Shown in pieces: positions 1 through 8,543 of a stretch of DNA of 24,186 nucleotides (positions within the stretch are counted from its first letter, which is position 1; the number at the start of each line of letters is the position of its first letter). The position numbers were made by a program, and so were the translations under genes. The stretch lies in NCBI GenBank assembly GCA_913043225.1, contig CAJWLU010000035.1, positions 1 through 24,186 of the forward strand, written 5' to 3'. The DNA is from an uncultured Acidobacteriota bacterium. GTDB lineage: Bacteria > Acidobacteriota > Vicinamibacteria > Vicinamibacterales > UBA8438. Under the pieces are notes generated by a model that saw nothing but the letters and a program-made list of their open reading frames with translations, was not told the origin of the DNA and made no database searches.

Positions 1-2
1 AC

Positions 3-986
3 TCCACGAACCCGTATGCGATCGTCGAAGGGTGGGCAAAGCTGCCGAACGGAAGAGTGATGGGAGCAGTCGGCAAAGCGAAGGTCGACCGCGACGGCCG
101 CCATATTTGGGCAGTGGTCCGTTGCGATGCCGGGCCTGAGCAGTTTGGATCGGAGTGCGTTGATTCAGACCTCGATCCCATCTTGAAGTTTGATCCCGAC
201 GGTAATGTGGTCGAGTCCTTCGGCAGCGGAATGTTCATCTGGCCGCATGGAATCAACGTTGACTCCGACGGCAACGTGTGGGTGACCGACGCTGTAAGTG
301 ACGCCAACATCCCCGCAGGCGACGATCGGGGGCATCACGTCATCAAGTTCAGCCCCACGGGCGAAGTACTCATGACACTTGGGACCCCCGGCGAAACGGG
401 CGCTGGCCCCAACCACTTCACTTCACCCAGTGATGTGGCGATCGCGCCCAACGGTGATGTGTTCATTGCGGATGGCCACAACGAAAACGGAAATAACCGG
501 GTGGTGAAGTACAACAGCCGTGGCGAGTTCCTCATGACTTGGGGAGAAACTGGCTACGCACCGGGACAATTCCGCGCGCTGCACGCCATCGCCGTGGATC
601 CGGACGGCCGAGTGTTCGTGGGAGATCGCGGTAACAGCCGGATCCAGATCTTCGACCAAGAGGGCAACCACACTGCCACCTGGACCCAGTTTGGGCGCCC
701 GAGCGGCATCGCCTTTGACGACCAGGGACGGATCTACGTCGCTGACTCCGAGTCAGACAACGTACAGAATCCAGGGTTTGAAATGGGCATCCGCATTGGC
801 GAAGTCGAGACGGGCTGGGTGAAAGAGTTCATTCGCTTCCCGTGGGCGAATCCCCACATCATTCCGGGGAACGGAGCGGAGTTCGTCGCCGTCGACAGCG
901 AGGGCAACCTTTACGGAGGAGAGCCGGTTCCCAATCCCCACCGCAATGCCCGAACGCTCAGGAAGTACGTGCGGGTGCGGCCCTGA
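3..986 (+). CDS. NHL-repeat beta-propeller protein (peptidyl-alpha-hydroxyglycine alpha-amidating lyase-like), 5'-truncated by the window edge
   Basis: The frame is open from position 3 (STNPYAIVEGWAKLPNGRVMG). It has repeated NHL motifs: WPHGINVDSDGNVWVTD, SPSDVAIAPNGDVFIADG, LHAIAVDPDGRVFVGDRGNSRIQIFD, PSGIAFDDQGRIYVAD. Confidence 0.88.
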   Translation, partial: STNPYAIVEGWAKLPNGRVMGAVGKAKVDRDGRHIWAVVRCDAGPEQFGSECVDSDLDPILKFDPDGNVVESFGSGMFIWPHGINVDSDGNVWVTDAVSDANIPAGDDRGHHVIKFSPTGEVLMTLGTPGETGAGPNHFTSPSDVAIAPNGDVFIADGHNENGNNRVVKYNSRGEFLMTWGETGYAPGQFRALHAIAVDPDGRVFVGDRGNSRIQIFDQEGNHTATWTQFGRPSGIAFDDQGRIYVADSESDNVQNPGFEMGIRIGEVETGWVKEFIRFPWANPHIIPGNGAEFVAVDSEGNLYGGEPVPNPHRNARTLRKYVRVRP

Positions 987-1198
987 GGGATGGTTCGCCC
1001 CGATCTGGGGCTGCAAGACCGGAGAGGAAACCGAGCTTGTGTACCCTATCTGAACAAGAAAGTGTTCGGATGGGGAACCGCATCAGTTCCGGTCGTAAGT
1101 AAATCAAGGCTGCGGTATCACGTGGCTCAGGCTGGCGGCATGCATGCTTGTAGTGTGCGCCTTGAAGCTGCGGTTCTTTCAGGCGAGTCAACTAACTC

Positions 1199-1774
1199 AT
1201 GGGCATGCAGAGTGAACGAGTCATACAATCGAAGCTGGGCAGCCGAGAACGGGCAGAGCGGTTCTACCAATCCCATCTCCAAGACCATCTGACACCCCAG
1301 ATGCAGGACTTTATACGGCGCCAGTCTATGGTCTTCATAGCTACGGCGGACGCAGAAGGGTCTTGTGACTGCTCGCCTCGATTCGGCAAGGAAGGACTGG
1401 TTCTTGTTGTTGACGAACTAACCCTCGCTTACCCTGAATTCCGTGGCAATGGAGTCTTCGCGAGCCTCGGCAATATCTCAGAGAACCCCCAAATCGGATT
1501 GTTGTTCATCGATTTCCTGGAAACGACAGTTGGCCTCCATGTCAATGGAAGAGCCGCGTGTCGTCCAGCCAGTGAGATACCAGCCCAGTGGAAGGCCAAC
1601 TATAAGGCGAAGATGAGGAGTGCTATTGAGCAGTGGGTCGTGATCGACGTCGAGGAAGCGTTTATTCACTGCTCCAAGCACGTTCCGAAATTCCAGACTC
1701 TCGGCAAGAAGATCTGGTGGGGGACCGACGACCCCGTCAAGAAATCATCTGCGTTCTTCGAACATGACGGCTGA
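1199..1774 (+). CDS. Pyridoxamine 5'-phosphate oxidase family FMN-binding protein
   Basis: Motifs FIRRQSMVFIATADAEGSCDCSPRFG, LAYPEFRGNG..SLGNISENPQIGLLFIDF and VEEAFIHCSKHVP. The start could be 1199 or 1205. Confidence 0.85.
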   Translation: MGMQSERVIQSKLGSRERAERFYQSHLQDHLTPQMQDFIRRQSMVFIATADAEGSCDCSPRFGKEGLVLVVDELTLAYPEFRGNGVFASLGNISENPQIGLLFIDFLETTVGLHVNGRAACRPASEIPAQWKANYKAKMRSAIEQWVVIDVEEAFIHCSKHVPKFQTLGKKIWWGTDDPVKKSSAFFEHDG

Positions 1775-1980
1775 CATCACCAGGCCTTGGGTTTCCTAGC
1801 AGCTGCTCTGTTGACGGAAGGCAGCATGTGTGCGGGAAGGGCTAATACAGGCCGAGCCGTTTGCGATCGGAACTAATGGGAATAGCCATAGCTTCTGACT
1901 CGAAATATCGTGTCATTTAAGCCACCAAAGTACTGCCTAAAGTCACGGTGTCCCGGCGCATTCTGCACCAATACCACCTA

Positions 1981-1997
1981 TACTTGTGGCACAAGTA
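1981..1997. promoter_or_regulatory. Perfect palindrome, candidate repressor operator
   Basis: TACTTGTG-G-CACAAGTA (8-1-8), ending 21 nt upstream of the ATG at 2019. Confidence 0.45.
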
Positions 1998-2018
1998 CTT
2001 AATAGCTGGAGAGCCCGC

Positions 2019-2645
2019 ATGAAAGGCTACTGGATCAATCACGTTCTCGACATCAAGGATCCCGCCCGGTTCGGCGCCTATGTCGAAGCGAGCCAACCGA
2101 TGTTTCAGGGCAACAACCAGTACGGGGCCAAAATCATGCTGCTCGGCCCTGTGGCGGCGACGGTCACGGGCAAGCCCGTGCAGTACGCCGCAATCGTCGA
2201 GTTCGAGAGTGTCAAGGCCGCCGTCGACTTCTGGAACGATCCACAATACGCGGCCACGCGCGCTCTCATGGGGCCCTTGGACGATGAAAGTGCTGTCGTC
2301 GACCGACGTGTCTGCTGTATTGAGGCTGAACCGTTGACGGTGTCCCCAGGGCAGGGCTTCTGGTTGAACCATGTGCAGGAGATCATCGACGACTCGGCGT
2401 TCTTCTCCTACGCCGAGGCTAGCCTGCCCCATTTCACATGCGCAGGCTTCGGGCCAGTCGTACACCAGCATACGGGTGAGCAAAAGATCCACCTCGCCGC
2501 AGCGCTCGGCTTCGACAATATCGACACGGCAACGACAATCTATGGCACGCCCGAATATCGGGCTGCGTTGGCGGCTGGGAATATGGAAAGCGGCGAGAGC
2601 CACGTGGTCAACCGCACCATCTGCGCCATCGAAGCACCCGCATAG
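2019..2645 (+). CDS. Protein with two tandem DUF1330-like (dimeric alpha+beta barrel) domains
   Basis: GGAGAG RBS before ATG 2019. Two repeats: GYWINHVLDIKDPARFGAY..AIVEFESVKAAVDFWNDPQY and GFWLNHVQEIIDDSAFFSY..AALGFDNIDTATTIYGTPEY. Confidence 0.75.
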   Translation: MKGYWINHVLDIKDPARFGAYVEASQPMFQGNNQYGAKIMLLGPVAATVTGKPVQYAAIVEFESVKAAVDFWNDPQYAATRALMGPLDDESAVVDRRVCCIEAEPLTVSPGQGFWLNHVQEIIDDSAFFSYAEASLPHFTCAGFGPVVHQHTGEQKIHLAAALGFDNIDTATTIYGTPEYRAALAAGNMESGESHVVNRTICAIEAPA

Positions 2646-2709
2646 GCAACAAACAGGCTGTGAAAACGGCCCGAACGCGAACCACGCCCTTAATCAGCGG
2701 CGAATTAAC

Positions 2710-2754
2710 TTCGATACCAATTAGGGCAATGGTATAAGTTACGTTTCTAACTTA
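2710..2754 (+). promoter_or_regulatory. Sigma70-like promoter with an overlapping inverted repeat
   Basis: TTCGAT (2710-2715), a 17-nt spacer, then TATAAG (2733-2738) preceded by TG. The inverted repeat TAAGTTA-N6-TAACTTA spans 2735-2754. Confidence 0.4.
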
Positions 2755-2772
2755 ATCGTAGGAGCAAAAGCC

Positions 2773-3159
2773 ATGTCTCTATCTGATCAACTGGTACTTG
2801 AAGATCAAGTCAATTCGTTCGAGTTGAAGATCACATCGATGACCAGCACCAAGGATGGCGTCCAGGTTAACGCTACTGGCACCGTCGAACGCTATGGCAA
2901 GGTCTTTCTCACGTACAACTTCACGAACAATCCCGCCCAGGATGACACCGGATCATTCATCGGATTCGGCTGGGGCATCACGGCCGACGGCACCAGAAAC
3001 CAGGGGGAGCGCCGCGGTGTATTCACTAGCGACGGCCTTGTGGGCACTGTCTATTCGCTCGACGATGTTACTGACGGCTACCCCAACTTCTGCATCGAAA
3101 AGTGGGATCTGATGAACGAGACCATCACAATGGAGTTCTCTCGGATCCAGAAGCGTTAA
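2773..3159 (+). CDS. Hypothetical protein (beta-rich, 128 aa)
   Basis: AGGAG RBS at 2760-2764 and protein-like composition. No family recognised. Confidence 0.7.
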   Translation: MSLSDQLVLEDQVNSFELKITSMTSTKDGVQVNATGTVERYGKVFLTYNFTNNPAQDDTGSFIGFGWGITADGTRNQGERRGVFTSDGLVGTVYSLDDVTDGYPNFCIEKWDLMNETITMEFSRIQKR

Positions 3160-3200
3160 CCTACCTTCTCATACACTCTTCTCTCCAAGGACGCTACATC

Positions 3201-3746
3201 ATGGCCAAGGCTTTCATCGTTGCCTCGCTCACTTTCGCAGCACTTCTGCTCTGTGGTGGACAGTCCGTGGCGCAAACAACCCCAGAAGCGTTTGACCAAC
3301 TAAAGAAACTCGAGGGAGAGTGGACGGGCACTCTGCGACTCACGCCAGGTGAGCATCTCGAACGGCTTGGCCTTAATGCCGAACAGTCCCTTACCCTGAA
3401 TTACAGCGTGCGCTCAGGCGGGACCTCTCTTCTTGAGGAGAGCTTTGCCGACGGCATCGAGATGGTGACCGTCTACAATGCGCAAGGGAACAGTCTTCTG
3501 TCCACACACTATTGTGTTCTGGCGAATCGACCGGTCGGAACCCTAGACGCGTCCGTGAACGGGGTGCTCTCGTTCACGACAGATGCGGATCGGAGCGGCT
3601 TAGAGAAAGGCAGGGACGAGTACGTCAGTTCTTGGCGTATAAATCTGGAGCCTGGCAATCCGAACCAGTTCACTTACGCCTACACCGTGACGAAGCCAGA
3701 CGGGAGTCAATGGTCGGCACGGTCCGTTGTGTCGAGGGCGAACTAG
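3201..3746 (+). CDS. Exported hypothetical protein (probable beta-barrel)
   Basis: AAGGA RBS before ATG 3201 and signal peptide MAKAFIVASLTFAALLLCGGQSVA-Q. Conserved-looking segments AFDQLKKLEGEWTG, EMVTVY and THYCVLANRP. Confidence 0.75.
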   Translation: MAKAFIVASLTFAALLLCGGQSVAQTTPEAFDQLKKLEGEWTGTLRLTPGEHLERLGLNAEQSLTLNYSVRSGGTSLLEESFADGIEMVTVYNAQGNSLLSTHYCVLANRPVGTLDASVNGVLSFTTDADRSGLEKGRDEYVSSWRINLEPGNPNQFTYAYTVTKPDGSQWSARSVVSRAN

Positions 3747-3788
3747 AGAGCGTTCGTCTTCACACGAGAGCAGGCTCACGGCTGCCTC

Positions 3789-3829
3789 CGCGGGCCGTCA
3801 TTGTTCTTACAGGACAATGACGGCCCGCG
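3789..3829. terminator. Strong hairpin between convergent genes, possible bidirectional terminator
   Basis: Perfect 16-bp inverted repeat CGCGGGCCGTCATTGT / ACAATGACGGCCCGCG. There is no U-tract. Confidence 0.6.
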
Positions 3830-3906
3830 CACGTTCGAGCTAACGTGACCTCCTCCTCGGTGAACACCATCCCGGTCGCCGGGGCGTGTAGGACCGGGCG
3901 CGCCAA

Positions 3907-5406
3907 CTACAGGGGCGGCGGAGCGAACCCACCCAGCGCGGCCTCGAGCTCGAGCGCCACCGCCAGCGCGACATCTTCCCGCGCCGGCGCCGCTACGACC
4001 TGCACGCCGATCGGCAGCCCCTCAGGCGAGGTTCCGCCGCGCACCACGACACCGGGCCAGCCGGTGGCGTTGTACGTCAACGTGTAGCTGTAGTCCGGCA
4101 GGTCGGTGGCGCCGTGAGGCACGGCCGGTTTCGCGTTCACCGGGCAAAGGATCACGTCGTGATCGTCGAGGTAGCGGTGCATCCGGCTGCGCAGGTCGTA
4201 CCAGTCGTCGAACATCCGATCTAGCTCGTCGGCCGGCAACCCATCTCCGGTGGTCGGGATCGAGGCCTCATCGGTGCCAGCATCCCGGAGCAGCCGCCGC
4301 ACGGCAGCCCGGCCGTCGGCACCGAACACCCCGAACCCGATGGCAAACGAGTCCTCGATACCATCCGGTCGCGACTCGTCTACCCGGGCGCCGAGCGCCT
4401 CCAGCGTCTCGGCCGCTGCCCGCACCACAGTCTGGGTCTCAGCAGTCGGGGTACGGATGTCGTTATCGACGTGGAAGCCAACCCGGAGCGCCCCGACGTC
4501 GACCGCGGCCGGATCGCCTAGCGGCATCGGCACGATCGCCGGGTCGATGTTGTCAGGCCCTGCCAGAATTGGCAGCAGCAGTACCAGGTCGTCGACCCTG
4601 CGGCCGAATGGCCCGATCTGCTGAAAGCTGTCGTGGGTGCCGCCATACGGGAAGATGTGGCCTGTGCGTGGCACACGACCGTGCGTCGGCTTGATGCCGG
4701 TGATGCCGTTGAAGTGGGCCGGCAACCGGATACTGCCGCCGTAGTCGCTCCCGATATCAAACGCCGCGCCGCCACAGGCCACGATCGCCGCCGCGCCGCC
4801 GCTACTTCCCCCGCTAGTGCGGCTCTGGTCCCATGGGTTGCTAGTTCGCCCGTACACCAGGTTGTCGGTCTCGAAGGATAGCGTTAGCTCGGGGGTGTTC
4901 GTCTTGCCCAGAAGAATCGCCCCGGCCGCCCTCGCGCGCGCCACGACCGTAGCGTCGCGGCCCGGCACAAAGCTGGCACGCCCCTGTGACCCGCCAGTGG
5001 TCACGAGGTCCACGGTATCAAGCGAGTCCTTGATGGTCATCGGCACGCCGTGGAGCGGCCCCAGCGGCTCACCGGCCGCCACCGCCAAATCGGCCTCTCG
5101 CGCCTCGTCGCGCGCCGCGTCTGCCCTGAGCTGGACCACCGCATTAAGTGCTGGATTCACTGCGTCGATCCGAGCCAGACAGTTGTCGACCACCTCCACC
5201 GACGTCACCCGTCCGGCCCTGATCGCCGCGGCCAGGCTCCGAACGGACGAGTAGTAGAGGGGGTCGGCGAGTGCTGGCGCGTCGGCCTCCCGCCCACGCA
5301 CCTCGACCGCCGATGGAACCGGTCGACACCCGACGGCCGCCACCGCAGCCGCCGCGCCACCGGCCAGCTCCAGCAGCTCGCGCCGGCTGACTGAGGGACT
5401 CGTCAT
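3907..5406 (-). CDS. Amidase-signature family enzyme with a Tat/lipoprotein signal
   Basis: PLHGVPMTIKDSL (catalytic Lys), GGSSGG and GSDYGGSIRLPA (Ser-cisSer-Lys triad). The N-terminus reads SRRELL...AAVGC. Confidence 0.92.
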   Translation of the reverse strand: MTSPSVSRRELLELAGGAAAAVAAVGCRPVPSAVEVRGREADAPALADPLYYSSVRSLAAAIRAGRVTSVEVVDNCLARIDAVNPALNAVVQLRADAARDEAREADLAVAAGEPLGPLHGVPMTIKDSLDTVDLVTTGGSQGRASFVPGRDATVVARARAAGAILLGKTNTPELTLSFETDNLVYGRTSNPWDQSRTSGGSSGGAAAIVACGGAAFDIGSDYGGSIRLPAHFNGITGIKPTHGRVPRTGHIFPYGGTHDSFQQIGPFGRRVDDLVLLLPILAGPDNIDPAIVPMPLGDPAAVDVGALRVGFHVDNDIRTPTAETQTVVRAAAETLEALGARVDESRPDGIEDSFAIGFGVFGADGRAAVRRLLRDAGTDEASIPTTGDGLPADELDRMFDDWYDLRSRMHRYLDDHDVILCPVNAKPAVPHGATDLPDYSYTLTYNATGWPGVVVRGGTSPEGLPIGVQVVAAPAREDVALAVALELEAALGGFAPPPL

Positions 5407-5608
5407 CAGTGTTCCTCCGGGGTTAAGAAACAGGCCCCCGCTTCGAGCTCCTTGAACCAGTCGAGCACCACGTCGCTCTGGCCAAGCGGCTCCGCTTTGT
5501 TCGGTTGTAGTTCCTCGTCAATTGCATGGGTAGTCGTCTGAATACACTAGAGTCGACCACGGCAGTCCTGCGAGACACTCAAAGCTGGCATTTTTAAAGG
5601 AAGTAGAC

Positions 5609-6013
5609 ATGCACTCAGAATCAGATCCAAACATCGCATCGATAAGGCGGAGCTTTGAGACATTACTGGCATACTTTAGCGTTGGAAACTCCGATGGTGT
5701 AGCCAAACACATTCAGTTTCCGGCATTGAACATCAATGCTCAGACTACCGCCTTCCATACAAAAGAAGAGTTTATCGACTTCGTTGATTCATACCCACTG
5801 CAAGAGGATTACTCTTACACCAAAGCCGATAAGGTGAACATATATCGTATCGGAGGACCAATCTACTGCTTAGACTATGATTACTCGCGCTTTAACGATA
5901 GCGATGGACTTCTTTCTCAAGGAAGAGGAATTTACTTTTACAGCAATGAAACCGGCCACTGGAAAGTATTCAGTTTCTGGAACGGAGATCGAGAGACAGA
6001 GGTAGAGCTTTAA
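5609..6013 (+). CDS. NTF2/SnoaL-like fold protein, low GC
   Basis: AAGGAAG RBS. The pattern FSVGNSDGVAKHIQFPAL...YSRFNDSDGLLSQGRGIYFY..GHWKVF fits an NTF2-like fold. Confidence 0.65.
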   Translation: MHSESDPNIASIRRSFETLLAYFSVGNSDGVAKHIQFPALNINAQTTAFHTKEEFIDFVDSYPLQEDYSYTKADKVNIYRIGGPIYCLDYDYSRFNDSDGLLSQGRGIYFYSNETGHWKVFSFWNGDRETEVEL

Positions 6014-6032
6014 GCGAGGCGTACGTCCGGAC

Positions 6033-8093
6033 TCAGCGCACGCTGAAGTAGAGCTCCCGTCTGGCCACATCTTCAGCCAGACCTGCTTCCATGGTCAGGA
6101 TGTAAGCGCCAGGTTCAAAGCCAAACAGCGGGGCCTTCACCTCGTAGATCGACTCCAGCGACGAAACGAAACGGTACTGATCTGTCCTGAAGATACCCCC
6201 GCCATCGGCTCTGGTGATGGTGGTCGCCAGGTACAGAGGCGACCGTGTCTCCTCTCGAAGATAGACCTCAACCGAGACGGCCAGCGTGTCGTCGGTGTCG
6301 AATACCCGCTGCGCCGTCTGGGGCATTGAGACAGTTTCCTGAAAGTATTCATCAGGTACCATCGTGGGTAGTGATGAGCTGAACCGTGTGCCCACGGCCA
6401 TTCCACTTAACGTGACTGGGTCCTCCCCCAAGTCGGGCACCTCGACGTCGTGCTGCACCGTACCGACCAACCCGGTCTCCTGATCGAAGGCGGCCACACG
6501 CAGATGTGCTGAGCCAGGCGGTAGATCGAGCCTCATGATCACGCGAACGCCGCTTGCGTCGCTCGCGTCGCGCAGCTCGTCCGGCATCTGGACCTCCAGC
6601 AACCGACTCGCTGCCTCCTTATCCTTGTCGTCGACCGCCAGCACCGCCAGCACGAGCTTGTCACCCAGCCAAGCGTTATCCCGCCCGACCAAGTAGGGCA
6701 CGTCCACCCACACCGTGACCTCGAGCTCGGTTCGGTCGTCGCCCCTCCGTGCCCGTGTCGTCAGGTCAAGATCGAGCCCCGTCTCCGGAAGCGGTTGTTC
6801 GAGCAATCTCGTCAGTCGCTCTTCAACATCATCATCGGCAACCACCGTCGGCGCCCGCGAGTGGACGTAGCTCCGTCGTGCCCGGACGCGCGCTCCCGGC
6901 CGAATAACCCTAACCTCGATCTCATGGCGCTCGTCGTCCGGTGATTCACGGGGCGGCCGATACCCGATTAAGTAGTAGCTACTGTTCTCCTGGACAATTC
7001 TCTCGAACGCATCGTCGAATCGACTCGAGCTGACGAAGGCGAAACCGCCACCTTCCTCCGCCAGTGTGCGAAGGCTGTATCTTGCACGCCAGGCGGCTGG
7101 TGACTCTGGACTCTCACCGTTCAAGCGCTGGACAGTGATCCCGTTGTCTACTGAATCCGCTCCTCCCCGTGGATCGATAGCATAGAGCGTCACTCCCAGT
7201 TGTGCCGTAGCTCGCGCCGCCAACTCCAAGCCCTCCCTGAGCGGAAGCGCATGTTGATCCAAAGTGGTATTCACTTCGTTCGTGTCGTACTCGAGCCCCT
7301 GACCGACCAGGACAATGGCCTTCCGCCGAGTGTCTGCGGAGGACATCAACTCGGCGGTAGTTTGCACCGCACGCAGCAACTGGAAACCATCCGCCGCGGC
7401 AAGTTCTTTTTCCCTGTCGTAGACTCCAACCCCAGGCAGCGCAGGCGCGGACAACGCTCCGAAGAGCCCCCCCCGATCCGATGACGACCCAAGTCCTGCC
7501 CAATCGGTTCCGTAACGGCCGCTGAACTGCGCGGCAGCATCCAGGAGTCGACGACGGTCGTTGGTAAAGTGCTGACTTGGTGGTTGACCGCTAGTGGTGG
7601 TGATGGCGACCAGATCATTGGCCAGGAGGTGACGCTCAACGAACCTCTGGACGATCGCTTGCACCGTGACGGACCGCAAAGGATGGGTGTGCAGATCATC
7701 AAGCAAGAACACATACGTGCGCCCGCCCTCGACCCGATGGGTGTTCGTGGCGACATCGACCATCGCGTCAGACAGGGGGCGGTCGTAGTGCGTGGTCGGC
7801 ACCTCGATACGAGTGAACGACTGCACCGCCTGGGGCTCACCGTCCTCCAGGACGCTGACCTCGTCCTCCCGCAGGTCACTAATCGCGCGACCGCCGGCAT
7901 CGGTCACCGACACCGTCACCTCGACCAGGTCGACGCTGCTACGAAACAGCGGGCGGTCGGAGTCCGGTAACGGCTGGGCAATCGCGACCGTGGCAAGTGC
8001 CTGAAGGGCGAGAGCGCCGGCAAGCCTGACGCCCTGATTCCGCAGCTCCAGCCGCCGGCACAGCCAAGCGAGATCTGTGAAGCGTTCCCCCAT
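6033..8093 (-). CDS. VWA-domain protein of the acidobacterial VWFA-related type, exported
   Basis: FRSSVDLVEVTVSVTDAGGRAISDLREDEVSVLEDGEPQ, YVFLLDDLH, RKAIVLVGQG, LYAIDPRG, LRTLAEEGGG, SYYLIGYRP. The start codon is uncertain. Confidence 0.85.
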   Translation of the reverse strand: MGERFTDLAWLCRRLELRNQGVRLAGALALQALATVAIAQPLPDSDRPLFRSSVDLVEVTVSVTDAGGRAISDLREDEVSVLEDGEPQAVQSFTRIEVPTTHYDRPLSDAMVDVATNTHRVEGGRTYVFLLDDLHTHPLRSVTVQAIVQRFVERHLLANDLVAITTTSGQPPSQHFTNDRRRLLDAAAQFSGRYGTDWAGLGSSSDRGGLFGALSAPALPGVGVYDREKELAAADGFQLLRAVQTTAELMSSADTRRKAIVLVGQGLEYDTNEVNTTLDQHALPLREGLELAARATAQLGVTLYAIDPRGGADSVDNGITVQRLNGESPESPAAWRARYSLRTLAEEGGGFAFVSSSRFDDAFERIVQENSSYYLIGYRPPRESPDDERHEIEVRVIRPGARVRARRSYVHSRAPTVVADDDVEERLTRLLEQPLPETGLDLDLTTRARRGDDRTELEVTVWVDVPYLVGRDNAWLGDKLVLAVLAVDDKDKEAASRLLEVQMPDELRDASDASGVRVIMRLDLPPGSAHLRVAAFDQETGLVGTVQHDVEVPDLGEDPVTLSGMAVGTRFSSSLPTMVPDEYFQETVSMPQTAQRVFDTDDTLAVSVEVYLREETRSPLYLATTITRADGGGIFRTDQYRFVSSLESIYEVKAPLFGFEPGAYILTMEAGLAEDVARRELYFSVR

Positions 8094-8171
8094 CTATAGC
8101 TTCTCCAGACGGTAGGCGGGCTGACACAGCCCGTGTCACTTAGATCTACCCCAAAAACTCTCTCGCCTTCG

Positions 8172-8465
8172 CTACTTGACTGTTCGTCTGAACTCGATAG
8201 CTTCCTGCATGATCGCCGCGGTCTGGTCGATCGGGTGAATCGCACGAATCGAGAATCTCAACCACGGCGTCCACGGTGCAGTGACCCGCGCGAGATCGTC
8301 CGGGTTGTCGGTCTCGGCGATGGCGAAGCCCCCATTGCTGTCACCAAAACCCGACCACTCAGAAAGTTCAATTGGCGGTGTCCACGCCGCGAACGTTGCC
8401 AGTGTCTTCGCTTGCTCCTCGTCGGATGTTGCGTCGGTCCATTCCCACTGAATCAGAAATCGCAT
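8172..8465 (-). CDS. DUF3303-like small protein
   Basis: AGGAGG RBS before the ATG at 8465. MRFLIQWEW..GGFAIAETDNPDDLARVTAPWTPWLRFSIRAI. Confidence 0.7.
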   Translation of the reverse strand: MRFLIQWEWTDATSDEEQAKTLATFAAWTPPIELSEWSGFGDSNGGFAIAETDNPDDLARVTAPWTPWLRFSIRAIHPIDQTAAIMQEAIEFRRTVK

Positions 8466-8543
8466 CGCGTTTCCTCCTGTATGTGCATGGCCCAATCTGG
8501 TCGGATGTCGAGCTCATGCAATTTATCGCATCGACGCAAGCTA

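Noticed and set aside
990..1292. 100-aa ORF directly after the NHL gene
   Set aside because: No RBS or recognisable motif, and it overlaps the PNPOx-like gene out of frame.
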